This document shows, one piece after another, positions 1 through 12,600 of a stretch of DNA of 64,000 bases. The notes below the pieces were generated by a model. The model had not been told where the DNA came from. It saw only the letters and a list, made by a program, of their open reading frames with translations, and did not search any database. The stretch is from Macrostomum lignano (taxonomy: Eukaryota). The DNA is taken from the NCBI GenBank assembly GCA_002269645.1, contig NIVC01003173.1, positions 50,320-114,319 on the forward strand. Reading direction: 5' to 3'. Each line of letters starts with the position of its first letter. The stretch's first letter is position 1. The translations under genes and the position numbers were made by a program.

Positions 1-68
<68 letters not shown>
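1..68. repeat. (GATA)n microsatellite
   Basis: Pure TAGA/GATA tetranucleotide run at the window start. Confidence 0.95.
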
Positions 69-69
<1 letters not shown>

Positions 70-642
70 TTGTGCGTATACTGATCGCACCAGGTTTCGC
101 GGCGCGAGAGTCAGAAGCTTCTCTGTCTACATTTTACCAGTACATGCTCCGCAGCACTCATGATTGCTGTGAACAAGAGCTGAGCAGATGCGCTGCCACC
201 TCCGCCCAAGCATTTACCTGAAACGGGCGCCTTTATCTTCTTCTGTTGACGAAGTTCAGCGCGGCCTCCGAGCTGCTCAGGACTGCTTGGCTTCTCAATA
301 AACACCTGACGCAGCTCAGCCTCCAGGTCTTCTGCGGGGGAGCGGTGGTCACAAAAAAGGTATTTATTGTGTAAAAAATCGATAAGAAATGGCCCGCATT
401 GATTGACAGCTGCCATTGAAAGGCTTAATTATCTTTTCAACAATGACAGCGGACTCCCCATTGACTGCTATGAATGGGATTTGGAAAAGTGAATGGAGCT
501 GCCGACCTCGGACAATCCGCCTCTGAATTTTCTAATGACGGCAGGAGTTCATATTTGATTCCCTCTTTGAAGCAGTCGACTCTGTCCATCTCCTGTGTGC
601 CTTTGTTTATCTGCCCGATCATCCACATGTCAAACTGGCTAT

Positions 643-976
643 TCATATCTACCTATCTATCTACTTATCTATCTACTTATCTATCTATCTACTTATCTAT
701 CTATCTACTTATCTATCTATCTACTTATCTATCTATCTACCTATCTATCTACTTATCTATCTATCTACCTATCTATCTACCTATCTATCTACTTATCTAT
801 CTATCTACTTATCTATCTATCTACTTATCTATCTATCTACTTATCTATCTATCTACTTATCTATCTATTTATCTATCTATCTACTTATCTATCTATCTAC
901 CTATCTATCTACCTATCTATCTACTTATCTATATACCTATCTATCTACCTATCTATCTACCTATCTATCTACTTAT

Positions 977-1062
<86 letters not shown>

Positions 1063-1071
1063 GTCTACCTA

Positions 1072-1104
<33 letters not shown>

Positions 1105-1110
1105 CTATCT
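643..1110. repeat. (TATC)n compound microsatellite
   Basis: TATC/TACC/TACT tetramer array; it generates the spurious IYLS-rich ORFs. Confidence 0.95.
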
Positions 1111-2104
1111 TTTTAAAGTCTCTTACTTTCCCATTGTTCTGGTATCCTTCATCATTAGACACTCCTCCCAGCAGCTTTCGGATCCGGGCAGCATTAGCCC
1201 CGGGAGCGAGTCAGTGCCGGTCAGTCCATCATTTCCCCCACCCATCGGAGACTGACGCCACTGCAACCGGGCACTCCGCAGAAATGGACGAGCATTTTGC
1301 TCTCCCTGCCTTCCCAAGCAAGCGGCCCCCGAGCTAGGCAGACTCATACTGACTAGAAATGCGACATAAAGCATTTTTGGCCAGCTGATTTACAAGCTGC
1401 CCCGCGTCGCAGCTCTGACACTTGCTGGCCGCGGTGAGAGCAGCAGTGAAAACGAGGAATAAAAAACTGTTTACTGCACACCTCGCAGAAAAAAACAAGT
1501 CGTTACTTAATGCAGCTAAATAATATATGCCTTCCTATACCAGGCTAGTCTCAACCGAGGTCTCATAGATCACTCTGAGTCGAGAGCCTAATAAAACAAA
1601 TACGATTTCATTATTGCTGACTGTCTACAGGTTTGGGGAGTGAAATACTTACTCATCTCGAACTCATCAGGAGCAGTAGAATTGCTGCTTGTAAAATTCT
1701 GCCTCATCCAGATAATCGGAATGGACGGTTTTAGTCGGAGCAAATTTTCAGCTGAAATAACTTTAATTTCCTCTAGATTTTTATGGCTAGGGCCAGCCCA
1801 GTGGCTTTGGGGGATGGGATATTTAATACAAATAGAATTGAGCTCCTGTAGCTACCAGGATCCTCATTGGTCCGCTGAAACTGACTGGGGGCTTGGTGAG
1901 TGATTTATACTGCGTTTAAGATCATTGAGCTTGATAGGAGTTAGCTGGGGTGATAAATTATGCAGAATGACGAGTAGCTGTGTCTTATGCTGCATTGAGA
2001 GTGCATGATTGGCTCCTTAGAAGTGTTTTTGCAAACATGCGACGCAACAGTTTCTTTAAATATCCTTTACAGTTGCATTTTCGATGAGTTATATCGCTGA
2101 CAGA

Positions 2105-2651
2105 GATGTATATTGGAGCCCCTGAAAAGATAAGAAATCGTGTACATTGGCATCCCTGAGAGAAAGAGAGTCGTGTACATTGGTATCCCTGACAGACAGA
2201 GAATCGTGTACATTGGTATCCCTGACAGACAGAGAATCGTGTACATTGGTGTCCCTGACAGACAGAGAGTCGTGTACATTGTTATCCCTGACAGACAGAG
2301 AGTCGTGTACATTAATATCCATGACAGACAGAGAATCGTGTACATTGGTATCCCTGACAGACAGAGAGTCGCGTATATTGGTATCCCTGACAGACAGAGA
2401 CTCGCGTATATTGGTATCCCTGACAGACAGAGAGTCGCGTACATTGGTATCCCTGACAGACAGAGAGTCGCGTACATTGGTATCCCTGACAGACAGAGAG
2501 TCGCGTACATTGGTATCCCTGACAGACAGAGAGTCGTGTACATTGGTATCCCTGACAGACAGAGAATCGTGTACATTGGTATCCCTGACAGACAGAGAAT
2601 CGTGTACATTGGTATCCCTGACAGACAGAGAATCGTGTACATTGGTATCCC
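2105..2651. repeat. 33 bp minisatellite (~16 copies)
   Basis: Unit cgtgtacattggtatccctgacagacagagaat; explains the 11-aa periodic ORFs in several frames. Confidence 0.95.
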
Positions 2652-3212
2652 TCTAAAAAAAAATTTCCGGCATATTTCGAAATGTAGGAACCAAAATAAG
2701 GAGTAAAATTAGGAGCAGAGAAGTAAAAAAGAATGATGGCGGTTGATGCTCACGAAAGCCGACGAATTTCAATTTAACTAATGGATCGGTCGAGAGACGG
2801 TTGCTGGTCGGTCGGCGCTTGCTTTGATTCAACTCTGAGTGGAAGGCTCCCGACAACAGCAAGAATTTTACAGAGCAGATGGAACTCTAGATGGCGTGTG
2901 CCAAGCCACATATGAGAGCAACAGAGACTCGCGAAATCCTCTCTGTGGGTTAAATCAATCCCATTATTTGATAGTTCAATCCCGAAGCACCAGTTCCTCC
3001 TTCCATTTTTTCTCAGTCGGTTCCCGAAATACCCGGCTTGTTCTTTTATGCTGGCTATTTTTTTGGCAATGAAATAGCTAGATACGACCGAAAATTCGGG
3101 ACACGCAATAAAAATGGCTTCATGGTCTGGCTTTTTCATATTCGATTTTAATATATAAAATGGACTCGAATGTATTGGCAACTGAATTTATGAAGACTGC
3201 TAATGAGAGTCC

Positions 3213-3530
3213 ATGGCGCCCAATCCAACGAAATGACGCCCAATCGAATGAAATGGCGCCCAATCCAATGAAATGGCGCCTAATCAAATGAAATGGCGCC
3301 TAATCAAATGAAATTGCGTCTAATCAATGGAATGGCGCCTAATCAAATGAAATGGCGCCTAATCAAATGAAATGGCGCCTAATCAAATGAAATGGCGCCT
3401 AATCAAATGAAATGGCGCCTAATCAAATGAAATGGCGCCTAATCAAATGAAACGGCGCCTAATCAAATGAAATGGCGCCCAATCAAATGAAATGGCGCCT
3501 AATCAAACGAAATGGCGCCGAATCAATGAA
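3213..3530. repeat. 20 bp minisatellite (~16 copies)
   Basis: Unit atggcgcctaatcaaatgaa. Confidence 0.93.
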
Positions 3531-4889
3531 ACTTTCGCCATGTGAAATATAAATTAACTGTACTTTACTGGCCTTGCTTCATTGCAGATTAAAATTTCAT
3601 GAGAACACATTTCAACGGAAAAGGAAAGAATGGTCTCCTTTGACTTTTTGCTTTTTTTGCAATTTTTGTTCAAAGCTTTCCCAACTGAGCCAAGCGTGAC
3701 TTACTCGGTCCTGTGTGTCCAGCTTGATTAAAAGCTAAATGATTTCTTTAGAAGCTGCTCTCTGTTAGCCAAACAGAGTTGAGCATTAATTTTTAATCAA
3801 TTTAGACTCTCAAAAAAGAGCTGCTCAGATCCTGTTTGAGTCATCAACTATCGTTTTCTTACGAAACTGCAGCTTCAATTTTGTGGTGGCTTGAACCCCC
3901 GCCCTCCGCAGAGCCCTGCTTGGACTCAACCGCAGGGACATCAGGGCGGTGACCAGTGTCGTTCGCTACCCTGAGGACTACCGGGCGAGCGACCATCCAC
4001 CTCCTGGACTCTCCGGAGGGGGACCGCGCTGAGGACACCGGCACCACCGGATCTCTGTGCGCGACACCGCAGCACCAGCGACGCCTCAAACACTAAAAAC
4101 GGCGCTTCTCAAGCCTAATTTACGGAGGATAAAAGTGCAACTACAAGCAACAATTTCTCCGATTGCCCACCTCGCTAACTGCTAAACTGTTCCGGACCTG
4201 CGGGTCTGAAAAACTGACGCAAGTCGTGATGCTTCCCGAGCAGCAGCCAAAGTGAAATAAAAACTGCCAACGCTTCTCGCGCGCTTCTTGGCTTCACGGA
4301 ACGTCGCTTTAGGAGGATGAAACTTTTTTACATCTCTTTCCCCTCACGCGATCCCAGTACTGCAGCTCCGAGCCCAGTGCACCGAGCTGCAACCAGGCAG
4401 TCAGCTGAGAAGGCCTCTCCTCTCCTCTCCTGCAAATTCAGGGGAAGTCGAGGAAGAGAAGTGCGAGAAAAGCGCCTCCATTGGCAAGTTTGGCAACTCA
4501 GACTTAATTTCCCTCTGAAAGCTGATAGTATTAATCGCTTAATCTGTCATTTTATTCTCTCTGTATTAGCTTCCTCTAAATCGCCAATGTATATTCGTTA
4601 TATTTGTTTATTAAATTATTGACCAGTTTTCACTGGACTCTGGGAAATTAAATTACAATAAGTACGAGCGTATTATCATAATGTATGACTTGACAGACCT
4701 GTTGGAATATTTGATCGCGCTTGACACATTTCTAATACAGGCTATGACGTAACACGATAGGCGCTTAGAGACTATTCGATCGACTAAAAGATTGAAGTTG
4801 AAAATCATAATAGTGAAATAATGAAGTTTCCTGTATGAACCTATGCAGCCACTAATGCTTAATACGAACGTACCTTCGAACATTGTCTA

Positions 4890-5740
4890 GTATTTTCATG
4901 AAAGACCTACACAGACACTATATAGTGTTTTCATGTAAGACCTACACAGACACTATATAGTGTTTTCATGTAAGACCTACACAGACACTATATAGTGTTT
5001 TCATGTAAGACCTACACAGACACTATATAGTGTTTTCATGTAAGACCTACACAGACACTATATAGTGTTTTCATGTAAGACCTACACAGACACTATATAG
5101 TGTTTTCATGTAAGACCTACACAGACACTATATAGTGTTTTCATGTAAGACCTACACAGACACTATATAGTGTTTTCATGTAAGACCTACACAGACACTA
5201 TATAGTGTTTTCATGTAAGACCTACACAGACACTATATAGTGTTTTCATGTAAGACCTACACAGACACTATACAGTGTTTTCATGTAAGACCTACACAGA
5301 CACTATATAGTGTTTTCATGTAAGACCTACACAGACACTATATAGTGTTTTCATGTAAGACCTACACAGACACTATATAGTGTTTTCATGTAAGACCTAC
5401 ACAGACACTATATAGTGTTTTCATGTAAGACCTACACAGACACTATATAGTGTTTTCATGTAAGACCTACACAGACACTATATAGTGTTTTCATGTAAGA
5501 CCTACACAGACACTATATAGTGTTTTCATGTAAGACCTACACAGACACTATATAGTGTTTTCATGTAAGACCTACACAGACACTATATAGTGTTTTCATG
5601 TAAGACCTACACAGACACTATATAGTGTTTTCATGTAAGACTTACACAGACACTATATAGTGTTTTCATGTAAGACCTACACAGACACTATATAGTGTTT
5701 TCATGTAAGACCTACACAGACAATATAGTGTTTTCATGTA
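4890..5740. repeat. 35 bp minisatellite (~24 near-identical copies)
   Basis: Unit gtgttttcatgtaagacctacacagacactatata; the repeat contains the 14 bp palindrome ACACTATATAGTGT once per period. Confidence 0.95.
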
Positions 5741-7904
5741 AAATGTATCCAAAAAAATTGTATTATTTTTTGTAAAATTTACTGACATACTAATGCATCA
5801 TGTGCAATCCAACAGTGTTTTGTGCAAGATCTAGCTAAATCCACTTTTTGGAAAATCTATAGTTGCTCAAAAGCTCTATTTGTTCATTTTGTATAAAGCC
5901 AACTTTATGCTGCACTTCTTAAATAAACAGGTGTGTTCAGTAAAAAAAATTACACTGTGTCTTCCAATGCAAATAAATTGCTCCAAAGTTTTTATTCAGG
6001 GATAATCTCCAAGATTATTGTTTCCAATCCAATCAGTTCTTTTTTGTGGTCAAATTCTTCAACAAATTAAAAAGAACCCGCGAGCATTTGGGGGCATGGA
6101 TTACAATCTCGGGCAAAGAATTTGTTAAACTAGCGTTGGTGAAAAAACACATTAACCTGGAATATGAAATCACAGACCTCTAGAGAGTCTTCCAACATCA
6201 ATGGTGCCTCGTGCAATATTATCTGTACACTTTGGCCTTCGCAATAATGCCTACAGCAGCTTTCGACCTTAATTAATTTACCGACACGACGCACCTGCCC
6301 AGAGGGGGGATCGGGGGTCAAGCAACGAGGCTAACACGATAATCCCAACCTTTCCGCGCTAGAATAACATTTATCTAGAAGGTAAGTATAGCAATTAAAG
6401 TCAGTCGCGCTTTTAGGTGGGGGCGGGAGTGTGGAAGAAATCCGCTAAAGAAGCAACTGGATGGACTTATGAGATGATTGGGATTGCTCCCAACTCTCTT
6501 AGACAGAAATCGATGATTCTCTACTTAAGCCTGAAGCGTTTTCCAACTTCGTATCCCAGCTCTCTCTCTAACTCTGCTTTTTCCCTCAGCAACGTTTAGC
6601 AGAGGCTGCAAACTAGGAATATATAGTGTTGCAAAGCGCTTGCCGTCACAATAGAGTAGTGGGCGAACTTTTCCCCAAGGGAGAACTGCGAAATACGAAG
6701 ATTGCTGCATAGAAACTTGACTCGAACTGAGCAGTGATTTCACTCTGTTGATCCGTTGCAAACCGCTCATCTCGGCCGCACTGGAATGCCGCTGGACAGC
6801 CACTCTGATCCCTCATAACCTCCCAGAGCCAGCCGATGCCAGTAAAACATGAAATTTTCTTGGCATTTTCTGTGTCTCATGTCTGTCGCCCCTTAACTTC
6901 CTCTCTCTCTCACTCACTCGCTGCCCACCAACCTACTCTTTTATTCGACTCGACTCGTGAGCGAATTCCCTGGGGAAGCCTGGCTTGGGACTGGTTTTGG
7001 TTTAGCGAACCACTAGCTGGCTCTTCATCAATATGGATCTCTTCTTTGCGTCGCAGACTCTCTATTAACCCCATCCGCCCTCGCTCTGTACCGCTCTCTT
7101 AGCCCAGGAATGCCCTGTCAATCTGCCATTATCTTTCGCCCGCATAGTCTTTGATCCAAGGCAACCCGCGCCTTCCATAACCATATTTGTTTTTATAGGG
7201 CCTCCCACCGAAACACGGTCAGACGGAGGCTATAAGAAGTCAAACGCATAAAAAAACATGATTACTTACTGAAGTCGTCCGGTCAAGTTTCCAGTGCCGT
7301 CAGTTGATATCTAAACAGTTGGGAATCGTGCGCTTTGTACTGCGCTTTGTCAGTTTTAGGGGCTCAGTGTCCCAGTAATGTTTATAACTTTTGGATTCTG
7401 ACCTGATTTTCTGATCACTGATGCGTCAGTTAATAGTTCGTCTGCTCTTTGCTCAGTGGGACCAGATTTTTATATCAGACGGCAGACCCATAAATGGTTA
7501 ATTATTCACTGGCATCGCCGATCTTAATATTATTTCTCTGTCTCCCTCGCCTCTGCTGTCCCGCACCCAGATAGAATTCTATTCGGAATCAGCATCGACC
7601 AATGACGGGCAGCCTGAAAAGCTTATTTAACAAAATCACACTAATGGAATTTCGACTCTCAGCTCAGTCCTACCTGCCTATTTGTCTTTTGTTTCAGCTT
7701 GGATACACTTTAGCTTGATTAATGCAACTTGAACCTCATAAAGAAGCCCCTACCCGGAACAAAGCCATCGGTTCCTGTTTGCAACTGGAAAGGAAGCCCC
7801 TGAATATAATTAAGGAAGCCTTGAAAAAATGCAAGAAAACTGCTTTCAGCAGTTCCAGCAATACATAATAATAATAATACTAATAATACTTGCAGGAGGG
7901 CTGT

Positions 7905-8150
7905 GGCCACGGCGACATTGTCCTCACGACCAGCGCTGAGGCAATTCTGCCAAGTCCGCTGACTCCTGAGCACACACCAGCGCGTCAATACTGCACACGC
8001 ATCCGCGTACTCAAACACACGCTCACACAGGGTGTACAGCGGCCCTGGCTTTCTAATCGGTCAGGCATGTACACCCTCTCTGTGCCTTGGGGGCTGGGCC
8101 TCGTGGGTGTGAATCGAACGACAATCCCCGGTCTGAAGTATTTTCCAGCA
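7905..8150 (-). mobile_element. SINE body, 5'-truncated copy of the family at 8250-8608 and 50540-50900
   Basis: Shares blocks such as gtgtacagcggccct, ggcatgtacac and gccttggggg with the other two copies. Confidence 0.65.
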
Positions 8151-8249
8151 GTGCATTTTCCCAAAAAGTGCTCAAATTCCAACGTAGCTATCTTGCTCAA
8201 AGCGGTAGAGCTCCTGTGCGTTTTGATCTTATTTAACCAATAATTTTTT

Positions 8250-8608
8250 TTATTAGAGGCAGGGGGGTTGTGTGCACCCTGGCGCACTTTAAGCGACATA
8301 GGCACACAACCGGCGAGAGGCATTGCTGCCCATTCCGCCGACTCCCCTGAGCAGGCATACAAAAAGCGCGCGGGTACGTACGCAGGCACACACTCACACA
8401 GGAGTGTACAGCGGCCCTAACTTTATTTCATCGTTAGGCATGTACACTTCACTGCGCCTTGGGGGGTTGGCTCTCAAGGCCATTAATTGCACGAGCAGAG
8501 CCAAGCCGAGATTCCAATTCAGCCCTAAATTAATGTGACTGCACTTGGAATTGAGCCTGGGTCGCTGGCACACCAGAGCCTGCGCTAGACCGCTGGGCTA
8601 CGGCCCCC
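8250..8608 (-). mobile_element. tRNA-derived SINE
   Basis: Minus strand starts ggggccgtagcccagcggtctagcgc (A-box-like), then ggctcaattcc (degenerate B box), then a body colinear with 50540-50900. Confidence 0.65.
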
Positions 8609-9227
8609 TCCGCCTGACTCTCAGAAAATAACTCCAATTTAGTCTTGAGCAGTTCCTATCTATTTTGGAAAACTCGCTACGAACGAAAAAGCAATGAACT
8701 TCTATCGATACGTAAATCCATCACATCGATGCCAAGATCTAAATAATTCTTCTTATGATTTTATTTCAGTCTCTCATCCGTAAAAAGCGTTCTGATAGAT
8801 AAATCATACTAAAATGACTGTCTTTCCTGGCTGCTCTTCCTTCTACGAGTAAGTTGGCATTACCGGTATTTCTGCAGATACTAGTAATTGAATTCTGTAA
8901 TTCACTACAGTCTTGGTAAAAACGTGCGGCACACATTAGTGAAAAAAACACGTCACTTACATTCGCAAGTGCTTACTTAGATTACCGCTACTAAGTAGCT
9001 TGGTTTGAATGACGACAACTTATCCAATTAATAACTTGTTACTGAGAGTATTGAAGATTTTTATCGTTATGAGTTGATCCAGCTTTTTTTCAGGCCAGTG
9101 AAAAAAAAATTACATAGAGTCACAAAATGATTTAACAGAACAGGAAATGTCAATGAGAGTGCATTAGTACTCGCAGGACATTCACAGGACCAAAAGTTGT
9201 GGCGGCGGGAAAGTCAGACGCGTTCAT

Positions 9228-9278
9228 CTTCTATCTATCTATAGAAGATAGATAGATAGATTGATTGATAGATAGATT

Positions 9279-9327
<49 letters not shown>
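9228..9327. repeat. GATA microsatellite
   Basis: TAGA/GATA run. Confidence 0.9.
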
Positions 9328-9639
9328 CTCCAACGTACTCATGAAATACTTCTTTAGTGACAACATTGACATCAATTTTACATTTACAAAAAAATTCAAT
9401 TACAACAAAAAAATACAATTACAAGTACAAGGAGATACAACGAAAAACGCCAAAACGATTTCGAACTAACATTTTTTCTGTCTGGAAGGCGAGGCCGCAT
9501 ACCAATTAGCCAAAAGTGCCATGAAAATGTCCGTAAAAACTGACTGAAATCGAAAAAATCTGAAACTGCTCATAAAAATAGGGCACACGTTTTAAATCAG
9601 TACATAAACTTAAGGTCACTGCTGTCATCTTCAAGTGAC

Positions 9640-12600
9640 TTAACCGTCCAAAGCGGTCTGCGTCTCGATCGACGCCGACCCACGGGGCGTCGCCAAGCAC
9701 CGGCGTCGGTAACTGCCAAGCGACGACAACGCCGCGTGACGCATTTCAACCCTGGAGCTGATAGCCTGCAACACCTTCGCCTCGTCGATTTTGCGTCGAG
9801 TTTCTCGGCAGAACATTCGCATAGTGGACATTGTGTATAGATACGGATTCAAAGTGGGATTGATGGGCAGGACAAATATGATGAAACCGGTGATCATTGG
9901 CATTGGCATGTGAACTCCGATTGCCAGACAGAGATACATCACAATGGTTGGTATCCAGGTGACAAGATTAGTAGCTACCAATACCGATAGTCGTCTAGCC
10001 AACAGATGATCCTGTTCCATGGCTTTTCGTTTGGCGCTCTTTCTAGTAGCGCGAATATGAGCGAATATGCGTCCGTAGCACGTTGTGGCTAGAATGAATG
10101 CTGCAGCATTGTAAGCAACGAATAAGTATTGCAGCAGTGTGACCGACCACAGATCGTCTGGATTCGTAACCAGAGGTACGCAAGCAGAAGTTCTACTGTA
10201 GGCGTTTCCTAATTTGTTTTTCCGTACCAGAATTATGCTGGAGAGGGCCAGGAACACCAGCCACGTGCTGACCGCTACAGCCACTGTCCTTCGCATTGTG
10301 AGGCGCCGGCCATTGCGATTGAAGCTGTCCACAATTGACAGGTAGCGCTCAAGCGAAAGTAGAGCTAAAAATGTGATAGACGTCTCGGCGCTAATAAGAA
10401 ATGTCATGCCCGCCAAACTGCATACCGGGTGCTGACGCCAGAAATCATCGAACAGGATGTAGCGATCCTGGTAGATTGCGTCTACTATAGCAATGCACAA
10501 GAGGTATAGCGCCATCAGCAGATCCGCAAAGCTGACATTGAATATGATAAAATCTGACGGAGTCTTCAATTTGCGCCGATAGAGGCGGTAGCCGATGACT
10601 AGAATGTTGCCGACAAGGGCCACCGCTGCGTAGATCCAGACTGCGATGCGCTGACCCACGCGACCTAGGAGATCTTTGCAAGAATTGAAGTCATTATCCT
10701 GCGGCGTGCAATTTGCCTTTGTGTGCTCCAATAGGCAGCAGAACTTGAAACTATTCGATAAAAATGTTTTAACCCGTTCCAAACTCGCGAAAGTGTTCTC
10801 ATGTACGTATATTTGCTCGCTGACTCGCAAATCGATCGTCGAGTAGCAACAGGAACCATTGCTAAATGATAGCTCGTGCAGCTTCTGAAGAGGGTTCCAG
10901 CTCAAATTCAGATTTCGCAAATTCTCCATTCCGGCCAGAGCAAAATTTGGCAGCTCCACGATTTGCAACTCCTCAAGTGACAGGTGCGTTATTGCTGCCA
11001 GGCTGTTGAAAGCAAACGGCTCTATCGTTGTCAGCGGGTTTCCGGAAAGACGCAAGTCGAGTAAGTTTACCAAACCTACCAGCGATTCCGACTGCAATGC
11101 CTGAATTTGATTGTCTCTTAGATCGAGAACCACGAGATTAGGGCTGTGGACAAACATTCCTGCCGGTAGACTAGAAACCCCAGCTGCTCGAAAAGAAAGA
11201 AGTCCCAGATAAAGAAACGATGCCAGAAAGTTCGAATGAAGCTTTACTCGATGGTTGCCGTCCAGTATTAGAGCTCGCGTCTGTGTAGACACCTGATCAG
11301 GGAAAAACCCAATTGCTGATGCATTGCCTGTGCAGCTCACGGAGTAGCCAATGCAGTAACAACCTTCAGGACACTGTTGGTCGCAGAAGAGTTCGTCTTC
11401 TCCTCCTGGACAATTTTTCGCACCGTCGCAGACTCGATGCCGTTGCACAAAGACGTCGCCAAAGCGGCCCGGCCCACGACAACGGAAATAGTATGGGAGC
11501 GAGTAGTCGGCGCCGCAGTCAGCTTCGTCCGTTGCTCCCGGACAATCAGCGGTGCCGTCGCAGATGCGAAACGCCGGAATGCAGTAGCCGACCCCGATTC
11601 TGCACTGGAACTGTCCGGGACATACAAAGTCATCGCATTCGCTTAGATGCTCTAAGTTCGGACAGGCCTGCTTGCGCCACACCGCAGTGTTGTACATGCA
11701 CGCCTCGCTCCTTGCAAAACATTTGACGTGGTTTATCAAGCACCGCTCCTCGAAGGCGTTGTCGCAGTCAGGAAACTCCCATGCGCGACTGTTATGCAGG
11801 CAGTCACCATCTCGCAGACAGCTACCGTCCTCGTCTTCCATCATAATGCCGGGACAATCAACTTGTGTGTCGTTAACAAAGAAGCGCGGCAGGCAGTGCG
11901 TCGTCTCGCTGCGGCACTGGAAGCCGCGACACTCCCCGTTGCAGCCTTCCTCGTCTTGGTTGAGCTCGCAGTCCATTCGCACGCCATCGCATCTACATTT
12001 AGCGGTTAACAAAAACGGTATTTGACAACTAAGCGACCTGAATACTGCATTTAAATGATTATTTAAAGTGCAATTAGCACAAGGCCCAAATCCTTTCAGC
12101 AGTATACCGGCATATGTTGACATACCTTTTTTCAATCGGAATGCACCGTCGGCTTGCTTCGCAAGTGAACTCGGTCTCCGGATTGCACTCGGCGAACTGG
12201 CAGTTCCGCTCGTCGCTTCCATCGTCGCAGTCTTGCCGATGATTGCAGTAGCGACTCCACGTGATCATCTGGCCATTCACGCATTCAAAGAATCGGTTCT
12301 GCGACTCTCCGGTGCAGTCTGCCTCGTCCTCGCCACCTGTTTTGGATTGAAGAAAAATTACGAGGTACGTCTCAGCGAGTCGTTGCTACCTGTTCTGAAA
12401 ATTCTACTCATTTCCCTTTTAGTGATTTCTAAAGAAGTAAAACTTTTCTCTGTAAATTATACGAGTTAATCGGCCATGGTAACTACCTGGACAATCGATC
12501 TCTCCATTGCAAGTATAGTCACTGCTAATGCAGGTGCGATCGGAGCATTCGAACTCGTGACCATCGCAATTGTCAGGCAGCGGATCCAAGGACCGCCAGC

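Noticed and set aside
111-646. Minus-strand ORFs between the GATA and TATC arrays
   Set aside because: Short, in different frames, with no identifiable motif; possibly a relic but unsupported.
3859-4560. GC-rich stretch as a LINE 5' UTR or a small gene
   Set aside because: No recognisable domain, partner ORF or second copy in the window.
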